From the NCBI GenBank assembly GCA_963667205.1, contig OY762959.1:2032829-2096828 (forward strand): DNA of 64,000 nt. Direction: 5' to 3'. Below, in pieces: positions 38,473-48,659 of this stretch. A program made the position numbers and the translations under genes. Positions within the stretch are counted from its first letter, which is position 1, and the number at the start of each line of letters is the position of its first letter. The stretch is from Dehalococcoidia bacterium (GTDB taxonomy: Bacteria > Chloroflexota > Dehalococcoidia > SM23-28-2 > RBG-16-64-32). Under the pieces are notes generated by a model that was not told where the DNA came from, did not search any database, and saw only the letters and a program-made list of their open reading frames with translations.

Positions 38473-39069
38473 GTGCGCATCACCATGACCGACACTGCCG
38501 AACCGAAGACCTACGGCAGCCTGCCGTCGCCGCTGCAGAACGGCGAGATCGTCCTTCAGCTCTGCCATCGACACTGGTGGTACCTCTGGCCGCGCACGAT
38601 CCTCTGGCTGTTCTTCGCCTTCGCGCCCGTCATCGTGCTGGCGCTTGTGTTCGACGTCATCGGCGTCCTGGACGACCTCGGCATCTTCTTCTGGCTGGTC
38701 GCGATCGTCTGGCTCGGCTGGTGGGCGGTGCGGCTGGCGCTGGGCTGGTACCGCTATTCGAACGACATCTGGGTGGTCACCAACCAGCGCATCATCGATA
38801 GCTTCAAGTCGCACCCGTTCAGCCACCGCCTGGCGACCGCAGACCTCGTGAACGTGCAGGACATCTCGGTCCAGAAGATCGGCTTCATCCCGACGGTGCT
38901 GGGCTTCGGCGACGTCGTCTGCCAGACGGCGAGCGGTGCCGAGGGTGGCTCCTTCCGCATCATCGGCGTCCCAAAGCCGGCGTCGGTTCAGCTCCTGATC
39001 GACAAGGAACGCGACGTGGAGCGCCGGCGCCTCAGCGGCGCCCCCGGCACGTCAACGACCTCGCTTTAG
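38473..39069 (+). CDS. Membrane protein with a bacterial PH domain (bPH_2 / YdbS-YdbT-like, DUF304)
   Basis: Has two TM helices (WWYLWPRTILWLFFAFAPVIVLALVF; IFFWLVAIVWLGWW) followed by IWVVTNQRIIDS, typical of bPH_2. A GTG start at 38473 or ATG at 38485 is possible. Confidence 0.7.
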   Translation: MRITMTDTAEPKTYGSLPSPLQNGEIVLQLCHRHWWYLWPRTILWLFFAFAPVIVLALVFDVIGVLDDLGIFFWLVAIVWLGWWAVRLALGWYRYSNDIWVVTNQRIIDSFKSHPFSHRLATADLVNVQDISVQKIGFIPTVLGFGDVVCQTASGAEGGSFRIIGVPKPASVQLLIDKERDVERRRLSGAPGTSTTSL

Positions 39070-39137
39070 CCAGCTCCGACCGCTGACACGCCCTCCCCTT
39101 GTTCCCCGTCGCCGTCACCTGTCCCATAATGAGCGCC

Positions 39138-40883
39138 ATGCGTATGTCGAAGCTGTTCTCCAAGACGCTGCGGGAGGTGCCCGCGGACGCTGAGACGGAG
39201 GGGCACCGGCTGCTCATCCGCAGCGGCATGATCGCGCCGATTTCGGCGGGGGTGTATGCCTATATGCCGCTGGGGCTGCGCGTGCTGCACCGCATCCAGG
39301 CGATCATCCGCGAGGAGATGGACCGCGAGGGGCCGGACGGCCGCGCGGGCCAGGAGCTGCTGATGTCGTCGCTCGTGCCGATCGAGTACTACGAGCGCTC
39401 TGGCCGCGACCAGACGATGGGGGACATCCTCTTCCGGCTCAAGGACAACCACGACCGCGAGTTCGCGCTGGGCCCGACGCACGAGGAGGTGTTCGTCGAC
39501 GTCTTCAAGCGCAACGTGCAGTCGTACCGCGACCTGCCGCTGATGCTCTACCAGATCGCGACGAAGTTCCGTGACGAGCCGCGGCCCCGGGGCGGACTGA
39601 TCCGGCTGCGGCAGTTCATCATGAAGGACCTCTACAGCTTCGACGCCGACCAGGACGGCCTCGACGTCTCGTACCAGATGATGTTCGACGCCTACGTTCG
39701 CGTGTTTGAGCGCTGCGGCGTGCAGGTGATCCCTGCGCTGGCGGATGCGGGTGCCATGGGCGGCAGCGACACGCACGAGTTCCTCTACCTGACGGAGATC
39801 GGCGAGGACCACTGCCTGCTCTGCCCGAAGTGCGGCTACGCGGCGAACGCCGAAGTGGCGACGTTCGTGAAGGAGACGGCCTCCGCCGATGAGGAGCCGA
39901 AGCCTCTGGAGGAGATCGACACGCCGGGCCTGACGACGATCGAGGCGCTGGCCGATCACCTGAGCGTCCCGAAGTCGAGGACCTGCAAGGCGGTGTTCTA
40001 CACGGCCACCTACGGCGACGAGAAGGGTGGCAGGCGCGATGACCCCGTGCTCGTCGCGATCCGCGGCGACATGGACGTCAACGAGGCGAAGCTGAAGAAC
40101 GCCCTAGGCGCCATCGAGCTTCAGTATATGGACGAAGGCGCCGCGACCAGGGCCGGGTTCGTCGCCGGCTCGGCCTCGGCGGTCGGCCTCGAGAACATAA
40201 AAGTGGTCGCCGACGAGCTCGTCGTGCGGGAGCGGAACCTCGTCGCCGGGGCGAATAAGCCCGATAAGCATCTGCTCAACGTCAACCACGAACGCGACTG
40301 GCAGGCCGACATCGTCGCCGACGTCGCGCTGGCCGCGGGTGGGATGTCCTGCAGCAACTGCCAGACACCGATGGACGAGCGCCGCGGGATCGAGATGGGA
40401 CAGGTGTTCAAGCTCGGCGTGAAGTACTCGGAGGCGTTCGAAGCGTTCTTCCTCGACGCCGAGGGACAGCAGCGCCCGGCGGTGATGGGCTCATACGGCA
40501 TCGGCATCGAGCGGCTGTTGGCGGCGGTCGTCGAAGAGAACCGGGACGAGGCGGGGATCGTCTGGCCGCGCCAGCTAGCGCCGTACGACGTGCACGTTGT
40601 GGGGTTGCAGGTCGAGAAGCCGGAGGTTCGCGAAGCCGCCGAGAAGCTGACAGGCGACCTGGAGGCGGCAGGCCTGTCGGTGCTTTATGACGACCGCGAG
40701 GAGTCGCCGGGCGTGAAGTTCAACGACGCCGACCTGCTGGGCATGCCGCTGCGAGCGACGGTCAGTCCGCGCAACCTCGACAAGGGCTCGGTGGAGCTGC
40801 GGCGGCGCGCCGGTGATGAGAACGAGCTGGTGGCGACGGAGGCAGCGCTGGACGAGATCAAGGCGCGCCTTGCGAACGCCTGA
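39138..40883 (+). CDS. proS: Proline--tRNA ligase (bacterial type with editing domain)
   Basis: Begins MRMSKLFSKTLREVPADAE...IRSGMI. The class II motifs FRDE and GGS are present, and the C-terminal anticodon-binding domain. The start is chosen at the ATG matching the canonical ProS N-terminus. Upstream in-frame ATGs lie at 39129 and 39099. Confidence 0.85.
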   Translation: MRMSKLFSKTLREVPADAETEGHRLLIRSGMIAPISAGVYAYMPLGLRVLHRIQAIIREEMDREGPDGRAGQELLMSSLVPIEYYERSGRDQTMGDILFRLKDNHDREFALGPTHEEVFVDVFKRNVQSYRDLPLMLYQIATKFRDEPRPRGGLIRLRQFIMKDLYSFDADQDGLDVSYQMMFDAYVRVFERCGVQVIPALADAGAMGGSDTHEFLYLTEIGEDHCLLCPKCGYAANAEVATFVKETASADEEPKPLEEIDTPGLTTIEALADHLSVPKSRTCKAVFYTATYGDEKGGRRDDPVLVAIRGDMDVNEAKLKNALGAIELQYMDEGAATRAGFVAGSASAVGLENIKVVADELVVRERNLVAGANKPDKHLLNVNHERDWQADIVADVALAAGGMSCSNCQTPMDERRGIEMGQVFKLGVKYSEAFEAFFLDAEGQQRPAVMGSYGIGIERLLAAVVEENRDEAGIVWPRQLAPYDVHVVGLQVEKPEVREAAEKLTGDLEAAGLSVLYDDREESPGVKFNDADLLGMPLRATVSPRNLDKGSVELRRRAGDENELVATEAALDEIKARLANA

Positions 40884-40895
40884 GGCGTTCGGGCT

Positions 40896-42794
40896 CTAGA
40901 CGCTGGAGGCGCCGACGGGCGGGCAACCGGGGATGGCGATGGCCAGCTCTGAGACGAAGCGAAGAATGATTACCGCGTCCAGGCCTTGCACCGTGCCGTC
41001 GCAGTCGACATCGGCGTAGAGCGAGCAGGGAGCGGCTCCCGCGTCGGCGATCGTTAGCAGTATGGCCAGGAGGTCGCTCACGTCGATCGTTTCGTTGCAG
41101 TCGGCATCGCCGTGAAGGTGCGGCGTTGGTGACGGCGTGCTGGTGGGCGCCGGTGGTGGGGATTGCGTCGGCTCCGTGGGCGGGCTCGGCGAGGGGGTTG
41201 GTGAGGCCGTAGGAGTATCCGAAGGCGCTGGCGTTGGCGACGGTGTCGATGTTGGTGGCGGCGTGGGACTCGGCGACGGCGTGGGCGACGGAGTCGGCGT
41301 CGGCGGCGAGCCGTTGATCTCGACGCCGGAGGTGGAGGTGAACGGCGATTCGCCGCTGTCGTTGAAGGCACGCGCCTTGTAGCAGTAGCTCCCGGAGGCC
41401 AGGCCGTTGCCGTAGTCCGTGTCCGTGTAGGCGAGCGACCCGTCCGCGACGGTGTCGAGGAGGGCGAAATCGGGCGCGGTGGCGCTCTCGCAGGCGAGCG
41501 GCGCGCGCCAGAGCTCATAGCCCCACTCGTTCGTGGCGTTGCTCCAGGTGAGGAGCGCCTCGCTGGTGCCGACTGCGGAGGAGTCGCTGGGTGCTGTCGG
41601 CGGGGAGCCGCCGGCGAGCGGGTAGACGTTGCTCGCGCCGGCGTCGTCGTCGGGGCACGGCGTGCGGCTGACGCCGCCGTAGCTGGCGTCCATCACCGGG
41701 CAGGTCTGACAGCTGTTGTTGCTGGGATGGCCGAGGCCGAGGACGTGGCCGTTTTCGTGCAGAAGCACGGTCTGGAGGTAGAAGGTGTTGGTGAAGCAGG
41801 CGCCGCTGCCGTCGACGCGCCACTTGGTCCCGAAGTGGTCGGTGTCGACCTCGACGTCGGCGTCGAGGATTCGCGAGCCGATGTAGCAGGTGTAGGTGAC
41901 GGCAAGGGTGCCGGAGCCATGGCTGGAGGAGACGCCCCAGGTGGTGTCGTGGAAGCCGTCGCAATCGCCCTGGTTGCTTGTGCGCGTCGTGCTCTGCACC
42001 GGCCCGAAGGCGATGTAAGAGCCGGGGACGTTCTGCGAGGCGTGGAACGAGCGAATGGAGGCGAGACGCGTCTCCTGCTCGGTGAGCTGAGCCGGCTTGC
42101 CGCTAGCGGCGTTGATGTAGTACTGGACGGGGATCTCACCGTCGATGAAGCTGACGCCGAGCGTGGAGGACTCGCTCTCGATGATCTGCGGGCCGTCGTC
42201 CAGCGGGTCGTCTTCGAGGGGGAGGTCTCCGGTGGCCGCCGCGCGCACGGCGCCGCGCATCTCGCCCAGTGGGATCGCGGGCTGCGTCAGCCGCTGGTCC
42301 TGCGTCACGGTGAACTTGCCCCGGAAGCCCGCCGCTGGGAACACCTCGCCGTCGTCGCTCACACCGAGGAAGACGACGACCTGCTCGCCAACCGCGAACT
42401 CTGGGCTCGTGCCCACTGCCAGGCGGTGGTCGCCGATGGCGCCTCCAGGCACGTCGATAGTGAGATCAGCCGTCGGTGGCAGGCGGTCCGCCTTGTAGAT
42501 GTCCGCGGTGGCGATCCTGACCCGCGTGACGATCGTGACTGGACCGTTGCTGCGGCACGTCTGCAGGCTCTCGACAGCGCCAAACACGATCAGATCGGCC
42601 TCGTCGGTGAGTTGATCGACGTTCGAGCCGGTCATCAGTCCGCCGGCACCGGCCGTGTGCGAGGAGCCTTCCGCGCGGACGGGAGTGCAGTCGTAGAACT
42701 CCTGGCCGGCGGCGTTATGGCTGGCGGGCCCGGCGAGGTAGACGTAAACAACCGCAGCGGCGAAGAGCACCTCAGACAACTTTTGGGCACTCAC
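40896..42794 (-). CDS. Secreted metzincin-type zinc metalloprotease with a fibronectin-III-like domain, a long Pro/Thr linker and C-terminal dockerin-like repeats
   Basis: Has a signal peptide. [11 protein letters not shown] is the HExxHxxGxxH motif. An FN3-like region ([19 protein letters not shown]...YCYKARAFN) is followed by a 60-aa PT linker. Then come [19 protein letters not shown] and [20 protein letters not shown], which are dockerin-like calcium-loop repeats. Confidence 0.8.
   Translation of the reverse strand: MSAQKLSEVLFAAAVVYVYLAGPASHNAAGQEFYDCTPVRAEGSSHTAGAGGLMTGSNVDQLTDEADLIVFGAVESLQTCRSNGPVTIVTRVRIATADIYKADRLPPTADLTIDVPGGAIGDHRLAVGTSPEFAVGEQVVVFLGVSDDGEVFPAAGFRGKFTVTQDQRLTQPAIPLGEMRGAVRAAATGDLPLEDDPLDDGPQIIESESSTLGVSFIDGEIPVQYYINAASGKPAQLTEQETRLASIRSFHASQNVPGSYIAFGPVQSTTRTSNQGDCDGFHDTTWGVSSSHGSGTLAVTYTCYIGSRILDADVEVDTDHFGTKWRVDGSGACFTNTFYLQTVLLHENGHVLGLGHPSNNSCQTCPVMDASYGGVSRTPCPDDDAGASNVYPLAGGSPPTAPSDSSAVGTSEALLTWSNATNEWGYELWRAPLACESATAPDFALLDTVADGSLAYTDTDYGNGLASGSYCYKARAFNDSGESPFTSTSGVEINGSPPTPTPSPTPSPSPTPPPTSTPSPTPAPSDTPTASPTPSPSPPTEPTQSPPPAPTSTPSPTPHLHGDADCNETIDVSDLLAILLTIADAGAAPCSLYADVDCDGTVQGLDAVIILRFVSELAIAIPGCPPVGASSV
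41155..41340. repeat. Low-complexity Pro/Thr/Ser linker coding repeats inside the metalloprotease gene
   Basis: Reiterated ggcg/gtgg/ggag triplets encode [61 protein letters not shown]. Confidence 0.6.
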
Positions 42795-42869
42795 GTATAT
42801 AATTCCCGGTCGAATGCATCGGCTAGCCGCCCGAGACCGGGCTCCGGATGGACGTGAGTGGCCGCGGAG

Positions 42870-44348
42870 CTAGGCGCTGACGGGCGGGATCTTGCCGGCC
42901 CAGGGGCGAGCTTCTTCCAGCTGGCCCGCCAGGCGGAAGAGCGTCGCCTCGTCTCCAAAGCGGCCGGCGAAGTGAAGGCCGATCGGTAGCCCCTCCTCGT
43001 TCCAGAAGAGCGGCACGGACATCGCCGGCTGACCGGTCGAGTTCTGGATCGGCGTGAAGGGCACGAACTCGCCGGCGCGGGTGAAGCCCGCCATGCCGTC
43101 TTCGGGCGTCGACTGGAGCCAGCCCAGTTCCACCGGCGGCTTGCCGAGCGTCGGCGTCAGCCAGACATCGTAGGTCTGGTGAAAGCCTGCGATCTGGCGG
43201 CCAAGCATCTGCATGCCGGCGACGGCGTCCAGGTACTGCGTCGCCGTGACTTCTCTACCCATCTGGTAGAGGGTCCACGTGAGGATCTCGAAGTCCTCCT
43301 CCTTCGGCTGTTTACCGGTGAACTTCGCCAGCGTATCGATGCCCCAGGCGTTGCCGGCGGCCCAGAGGTTCGTGAACGAGTCGATGAGCTGATCGCCGGG
43401 GACTGGTGGCGAGGCCTCTTCGACCTCGTGGCCAAGATCGCTCAGGAGGGCGGCCGCGTCCTTGACGGCGGCGACGCAGTCCTCGTGTATGGGCGTGTCC
43501 GTGAACGTCTTCAGTGTATAGGCGATGCGCAGACGTCCCGGATTGGCGCCGACCTCTTCGAGGTAGGGCCGCTCCGGCGCGGGCGCGACGTAGGGGTCGC
43601 CGGGCATTGAGCCGGCGGTGGCGTCGAGGAGGGCGGCGGAGTCGCGCACGGAGCGCGAGACGCAGTGCTCGTTGACGAGGCCGCTCATGATGTCGCCGAG
43701 AAGGGGGCCGAGCGTAATCCGGCCGCGCGTCGGCTTGAGGCCGAAGAGGCCGCAGCAGGAGGCGGGGATGCGGATGCTGCCGCCGCCATCGTTGGCGTGG
43801 CCGAACGGCACCATGCCGGAGGCGACCGCAGCGGCGGAACCGCCGCTGGAGCCGCCCGTTGTGCGGTCGAGGTTCCAGGGGTTGTGGGCGGCGCCGAAGA
43901 GGCGCGGTTCGGTCGTTGGCAGGAGGCCGAACTCGGGCGTGTTGGTCTTGGCGCAGATCACGAGGCCGGCCTGCTTGTGGCGGCGCGTCAGCTCGGAGTC
44001 GATCGGTGAGACGGCGTCTTTGAGGAAGCCCGAACCCTGAGTCTGGACGACGCCGGCGTACGTCGCGCCGAGGTCCTTGAGGACGAAGGGAACGCCGGTG
44101 AAAGGACCGTCCGGCAGGCCGGCGGCGATCGCGGCGCGGGCCTGGTCGTACATCGGCAGCACGACGGCGTTGAGCTGCGGGTTGAGGCGCTCGATCGGTT
44201 CGATCGCGCCGTCCAGCAGCTCTTCCGGCTTGATCTGCTTGCTGCGGACGAGTTCTGCCTGGGCAGTGGCGTCAAGGAATGCTATGTCGTTCATGGGGGG
44301 CGTCCTCCTTACGGGGCCAAAGGTGGCACGGAGAGGGGACGGCGTCAA
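42870..44348 (-). CDS. Amidase-signature family amidase
   Basis: Shows [14 protein letters not shown] and [21 protein letters not shown], the AS family Ser-cisSer-Lys triad region. 492 aa. Confidence 0.8.
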   Translation of the reverse strand: MTPSPLRATFGPVRRTPPMNDIAFLDATAQAELVRSKQIKPEELLDGAIEPIERLNPQLNAVVLPMYDQARAAIAAGLPDGPFTGVPFVLKDLGATYAGVVQTQGSGFLKDAVSPIDSELTRRHKQAGLVICAKTNTPEFGLLPTTEPRLFGAAHNPWNLDRTTGGSSGGSAAAVASGMVPFGHANDGGGSIRIPASCCGLFGLKPTRGRITLGPLLGDIMSGLVNEHCVSRSVRDSAALLDATAGSMPGDPYVAPAPERPYLEEVGANPGRLRIAYTLKTFTDTPIHEDCVAAVKDAAALLSDLGHEVEEASPPVPGDQLIDSFTNLWAAGNAWGIDTLAKFTGKQPKEEDFEILTWTLYQMGREVTATQYLDAVAGMQMLGRQIAGFHQTYDVWLTPTLGKPPVELGWLQSTPEDGMAGFTRAGEFVPFTPIQNSTGQPAMSVPLFWNEEGLPIGLHFAGRFGDEATLFRLAGQLEEARPWAGKIPPVSA

Positions 44349-44417
44349 GAGCTAAAGGGATCCGGCAGGCGGGCGCAGGGAGGGGGCGCGCCCGCCCGCC
44401 GAGGGATGTTGGCTTGG

Positions 44418-44987
44418 TCAGGTGGAGGCAGGATCAGCGGCAGCGCCGATCTCGCCGTGAGCGGCGTCGTATTCGCGGCGGAGGATGGACATGCGGACGA
44501 CATCCCAGTAGCGGCCGTCCTGGTACTGGTCCTCGCGGAAGCGGCCCTCTTCGACGAAGCCCAACTTCGCGTACACGGCGAGGCCGCGACCGTTGAACTC
44601 GAAGACGCCCAGCGTCACCTTGTGCAGGTTCATCTGCTCGAAGGAGAAGCGGAGGAGTGTGAGCATGACGTCCGTGCCGAAGCCGCGGCCCCAGTACTCC
44701 TTCTCGCCGATCAGGATGCCGAGTTCGGCGTGGCGGTTCTCGGCGCTGCCGCCGTGCAGGCCGCAGTGCCCGATGTGTACGCCATCCATCGTTTCGACGG
44801 CGAAGCGCACGTTGCCGAAGTCCAGGGGCTTGGCGGCACCCTTCACCCACTCGCGCTCCGACTCCATGGAGAACGGGTAGCGGGCCATCAGTCCGCTGGT
44901 GACCTCGCGGTCGTTCATCCAGCGGAAGGCGTTTTCGGCGTCTTCGGGCTCGACGGCCCGCAGCCGCACCAGCCTTCCTTCTATCAT
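44418..44987 (-). CDS. GNAT-family N-acetyltransferase (RimJ/RimL-like)
   Basis: 189 aa with the motif A region IGEKEYWGRGFGTDVM. Confidence 0.8.
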   Translation of the reverse strand: MIEGRLVRLRAVEPEDAENAFRWMNDREVTSGLMARYPFSMESEREWVKGAAKPLDFGNVRFAVETMDGVHIGHCGLHGGSAENRHAELGILIGEKEYWGRGFGTDVMLTLLRFSFEQMNLHKVTLGVFEFNGRGLAVYAKLGFVEEGRFREDQYQDGRYWDVVRMSILRREYDAAHGEIGAAADPAST

Positions 44988-45309
44988 CTGCCGTGCCCCC
45001 TTTCCCGGGTTGTCCTTGGTGCAACGAAAAAGCCCGCCGCTTCTGCGACGGGCCCTGGGTTCCTGTAAGAGTGTGTTCGATCAGGTGAGGAATACCCGGG
45101 CCCGGCCGCAGATAGCCATGGGGCAGGAGCCGACAAAGGCGTGCATCTGCTTCGTGTCTGCGGATACGAACCGGATATTCACGGTGACGGGATGGTAGCA
45201 GGGGCCTGCGGAGATGTCAACGGATCGCTCGTGCCGCCGTGGACGGAGGCACCTTGCTCGGCATATGATGCGACTCCGAGATCGAAGAACAGGGATTTAG
45301 GAGGTACGG

Positions 45310-45762
45310 GTGGCCAATCGAGGCTTCAGTCTGAACGTGCGACCGCTGCTTCTCGTGGCGGCGGTCGCTCTGGGCGCCGCGCTGCTGACGGCGTGCGGTG
45401 GAGGCGGCGATAGCGATGGACCCACTGCGACCGCGACGACCGCCCCCGCGGGCGAGAACCCGACGGCGACAGACGCCGGCGGCGCGTCACCCATGGCTAC
45501 GGCCGGCGTGTCCCCGACGGCCGAGACCACGCCGGCTCAGATCGGCTCCTTTTGTGACCTCGTGACCCCGGACGAGGCGGATGACGCGCTGGGCGAGTTC
45601 GTCACCGGGTTCCCGTGCGGGACCCTGAACGGCCAGTGGCAAACGGACTCTGGACTGTACGTGCGTTTGGAGCCGGGGTCTGCGGGAGATCTCCTGGCAG
45701 GTGCCGAGATGGAAGGCGTTGCCGGTGAGCTGGTGGCCGGAGTCGGTGATAAGGCCGCCTGA
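45310..45762 (+). CDS. Hypothetical lipoprotein; the reading frame continues in-frame past a TGA stop for another 63 codons (to 45953)
   Basis: GTG start with a TAGGAGGT SD. The lipobox is LLTACGGG. After TGA (45760-45762) the same frame reads FDGVQVPSHHFQKDETVALGVLSLRHGDVYLRIMLNLPAVDGAAQLEIAKGLAAKAIERLPA, which is protein-like. Confidence 0.55.
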   Translation: MANRGFSLNVRPLLLVAAVALGAALLTACGGGGDSDGPTATATTAPAGENPTATDAGGASPMATAGVSPTAETTPAQIGSFCDLVTPDEADDALGEFVTGFPCGTLNGQWQTDSGLYVRLEPGSAGDLLAGAEMEGVAGELVAGVGDKAA

Positions 45763-45962
45763 TTTGACGGGGTTCAGGTCCCCTCTCACCACTTCCAAAA
45801 AGACGAGACGGTGGCACTGGGCGTCTTGAGTCTGCGCCATGGCGACGTCTACCTCCGGATCATGCTCAATCTCCCCGCGGTAGATGGCGCGGCCCAGCTG
45901 GAGATTGCGAAGGGCCTGGCCGCCAAAGCCATCGAGCGACTCCCGGCCTGAGGCGGCCGCGT

Positions 45963-46919
45963 CTACTCCGGCGGCAGGACGCCGACGCGGCGCAAGAACG
46001 GCGTCGCCTCGGCGACGTGCTCTTCGGGGATCTTCTGGTTGATCTCGTAAATGCGCGGGATGTGCGGCGGCAGCTTCGCGGCGTAGTGCGCCCAGTCGGC
46101 GGTGCCGTGGCCGGGAGCGCGGTGGTCGGCGAGACCGTCGGTACCGTGCACGTGCGAGCCGACGCAGCGATCGGCCAGCTCGTCGAGCCAGCGGTGGCGG
46201 TGTATCAGCCCGAGGCGGTCAAGCACTTCGACGTGGCCGATGTCGATCCAGAAGCCGACGACGTGCGGCGGGTAGGCGTCGAGCAGCTCTGCCATCTCGT
46301 CTGGGTTGGGGAACTCGCTGAAGTGATCGCGGTTCTCGAGGCCGATCGTGACCTCGTTGGCGGCGGCGTGCTCCGCCACCTCAGCGAGTGACCGGCGCGC
46401 TTGCGGGAAGAAGTCCAGCGCGCCATCGCGCCGGCGTTTGACCGCCGACTTGCGCAGCTCATCGGCCGCTTCGCCGTCGGTCGTGCCCTCGCCGAAGAGC
46501 TTGCGGATCTGGCGCTCCTCATCGAACATCTGGTCGCCGATGCCGCCCAGGTGGACGACGAGCAGCGAGGCGCCGGCGCGAACAGCGGTGTCGACGCTGT
46601 CCTTCGCTAGCTGCACGGCTACCGCTCGCTCTTCTTCATCGGTGGCGGCGAGATTGAGCGCCTCGGACAGCCGGCCCCTGGCGCGGACCCGCGGACACGG
46701 CGAGTGTACCGAAGAGACCGCGACGTGGTTGCTCTCGATGAGCGCGTCGACGCCGGCCTGCGGGATGGCGTAGTTGATCTCGATGTGGCCGAAACCGAGC
46801 GCTGCAGCCGTCTCCGCGAACGAGGGCATGTGGTCGTGCTCGTCGCCGTCTTTGCGGAAGCGGCCCTGCGACCACATCGTCGAAAGGGAGTGCAGGGGAG
46901 GGTCTTGTGGGGGGGTCAT
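45963..46919 (-). CDS. Sugar phosphate isomerase/epimerase (xylose-isomerase-like TIM barrel)
   Basis: The family pattern is GFGHIEIN, with metal-binding E/D/H positions in IGLENRD and WIDIGHVEV. Confidence 0.75.
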   Translation of the reverse strand: MTPPQDPPLHSLSTMWSQGRFRKDGDEHDHMPSFAETAAALGFGHIEINYAIPQAGVDALIESNHVAVSSVHSPCPRVRARGRLSEALNLAATDEEERAVAVQLAKDSVDTAVRAGASLLVVHLGGIGDQMFDEERQIRKLFGEGTTDGEAADELRKSAVKRRRDGALDFFPQARRSLAEVAEHAAANEVTIGLENRDHFSEFPNPDEMAELLDAYPPHVVGFWIDIGHVEVLDRLGLIHRHRWLDELADRCVGSHVHGTDGLADHRAPGHGTADWAHYAAKLPPHIPRIYEINQKIPEEHVAEATPFLRRVGVLPPE

Positions 46920-47242
46920 GAGGTCAGTTTATCGCCTCGGTCGGTCGCCAGTCGAGCGCGGGCGGCCTCCAGGCGGCGGGCGAAGGCGATGCCGCCGACG
47001 GATCCGGCGGCCGCGGCCAGGAACGCGGCGAGAAGACTGACGAAGAAGCCGGTAACGTCACGCATGCCGACGAGCGGTACGAAGACGCCGGCCGCCCAGG
47101 CGGCGCCGATCGCGAGCGGAAAGGCAACGGCGGCGCCGCGACCGCGGACGAAGAGCGCCGTCGCCATCCAGGGGAAGAGGGCGACGATCGTCCAGCAGAG
47201 GAAGAAGAAGATGAGGAAGGCGAGGCGCGCCTCGAACGTCAT
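46916..47242 (-). CDS. Small hypothetical membrane protein (3 predicted TM helices)
   Basis: Has hydrophobic segments FLIFFFLCWTIVALFPWMATALF, AFPLAIGAAWAAGVFVPLVG and FFVSLLAAFLAAAAGSVGGIAF. It overlaps the upstream gene by 4 nt. Confidence 0.55.
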   Translation of the reverse strand: MTFEARLAFLIFFFLCWTIVALFPWMATALFVRGRGAAVAFPLAIGAAWAAGVFVPLVGMRDVTGFFVSLLAAFLAAAAGSVGGIAFARRLEAARARLATDRGDKLTS

Positions 47243-47281
47243 GAGGATAGGTTACCGCGTTGCGCTGCGAGGTTTCAGGCG

Positions 47282-48259
47282 TTAGGCGTGGCTGAAGACG
47301 TCTTGGTGGCCTTCGAAGAGGTAGCGCTCTCGGAAGGCTATGATCATCGCCTTTCCGAACGCGTTCGGCGTAGCCAGGACGCTCTCGATCGTTCGGCCTT
47401 CGAATGTCGAAGTATCACGCAGCACGGCGCCGTACTCCGTGGCCGCTCGCTCGAAGCTGGGATTCTGAGATGGGTATACCAGCACGAACCGGCCCCACCG
47501 CCACCGTTCGGACGGATGCTGAAGCATCGAGAGTACCAGCAGGTGGTCGAGCCATATCTGCTGCAGATCCGTTCCGATGACGCGCTCTCGCCAGTCGTCG
47601 ACGAAGGCTCCGGAGTCTTCCGTGACTTGGACGTAGCGCGCCAGAGCTTTCTCTCTTGGTGCTTTCTCGCGCCTGGCGTGCTCGTGGTACTTCGTTTCGA
47701 TGCCGATGACCGCGTGGCCGCCGCCCGCCACGTCGATCTCCAGCGCCGCGTCGAACGCGCTGCGGTTGCCCAGAAACTCCGGATCGGCGCTGCCCGGTGA
47801 GTACTCAAATCTCACGCTCGCTCTGCCCGTTGGCGCGTCAGGCCAAAGGGAGGTGGCGGCTCGTGTCGCGGCTCTGGGATCGTCGTGGAGGTCGCCGAAG
47901 AGGTTGAAGCACATCGGCATCGAGGAAAGCAGATCGGCCCACAATCGATCTTTGCGCAGCATTTCGCCCCGTTCGCGGTGATCGAGCCGATGCTGCACTG
48001 CGGAACACACACCTGGCGTGAGAAAGTTGGCGCCGCTCTTCCTCGCGAAATCGAGTGCAATTCGGCTGCCGACCGGCGTTGTATTGACGCCGCCACGGTA
48101 TGGCTGTGTGCCAATCGGGTGTCCGCGAGCCTCTCGCCACTTCGCCTGGTGTAGTCGAGCGCTGCGCTTCCAGGCCGTGGTCGCCGGATCGCGTGGTGCG
48201 CTGTCGACGCTGAACCAGCAGTGGCGGTCGCGGAGGACCTGTGGGGCGGGCTGTTTCAT
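47282..48259 (-). CDS. Hypothetical protein with a PD-(D/E)XK nuclease-like motif
   Basis: 325 aa. The core AFDAALEIDVAGGGHAVIGIETKY fits a D...(E/D)-x-K restriction-endonuclease-like active site. The gene appears less GC-rich than its neighbours. Confidence 0.5.
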   Translation of the reverse strand: MKQPAPQVLRDRHCWFSVDSAPRDPATTAWKRSARLHQAKWREARGHPIGTQPYRGGVNTTPVGSRIALDFARKSGANFLTPGVCSAVQHRLDHRERGEMLRKDRLWADLLSSMPMCFNLFGDLHDDPRAATRAATSLWPDAPTGRASVRFEYSPGSADPEFLGNRSAFDAALEIDVAGGGHAVIGIETKYHEHARREKAPREKALARYVQVTEDSGAFVDDWRERVIGTDLQQIWLDHLLVLSMLQHPSERWRWGRFVLVYPSQNPSFERAATEYGAVLRDTSTFEGRTIESVLATPNAFGKAMIIAFRERYLFEGHQDVFSHA

Positions 48260-48284
48260 GGGTACTACGTTACAAGGTCGCCGG

Positions 48285-48659
48285 TCAGGCCCGTCGCGGC
48301 AGCAGCGCCTCGACGGTGCGGCGGAAGGCGTCCGGGTCGAGGCGCGGCGCCCTCTCGGTGGGGAGCTGGTGCGCCCATGACGAGGGGGCGAAGAGGTCCT
48401 CGTCGCCGGGCGGGTAGGCGAGGTAGACGTCCCAGGCGATCGCCTCCGGAGAGCGGCGTCTCGGCGTCTCGGCGGGCGTCAGTCCGAGGGGCGCGGCAAG
48501 CGTCGGAGCGAAGGCGCCGTCGGCGTCCCAGTAGTGGTCGGCGGCTGCCTGCTCGCGCTGAGCGGCGGCGCGCACGGCGGCTTCGCGGTCGTCGGCGGCG
48601 AGGACGGGCGTCCAGACGTAGAACGAGCGGAGGCCGCGATCGGCCAGTGCGAGGAGCAA
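48285..48659 (-). CDS. Hypothetical protein with an uncertain 5' end; an upstream in-phase short ORF (48699-48797) ends at TGA
   Basis: The translation ...HELLLALADRGLRSFYVWTPVLAADD...DHYWDADGAF...AWDVYLAYPPGDEDLF is protein-like. Upstream, ATGATG at 48797 opens MMRDLAPGFRPLTDDFAAAGDHARVLLVVSPT, which ends at TGA in another frame. Confidence 0.4.
   Translation of the reverse strand: MLLALADRGLRSFYVWTPVLAADDREAAVRAAAQREQAAADHYWDADGAFAPTLAAPLGLTPAETPRRRSPEAIAWDVYLAYPPGDEDLFAPSSWAHQLPTERAPRLDPDAFRRTVEALLPRRA

Noticed and set aside
39099-39137. Upstream in-frame ATGs (39099 and 39129) as the proS start.
   Set aside because: The canonical ProS N-terminus (MRMSKLF…) aligns with the ATG at 39138. 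The extra 13 residues (MFPVAVTCPIMSA) have no counterpart. Neither candidate has a clear SD, so the start remains somewhat uncertain.
41078-41518. ORFs within and antisense to the Pro/Thr linker regions (41078-41518, 41137-41382, 5167-5628). They resemble collagen-like or Gly-rich repeat proteins, or could be taken for CRISPR-like repeats.
   Set aside because: They are low-complexity coding sequence of the linker on the sense strand. There are no regular spacer-repeat units and no cas genes.
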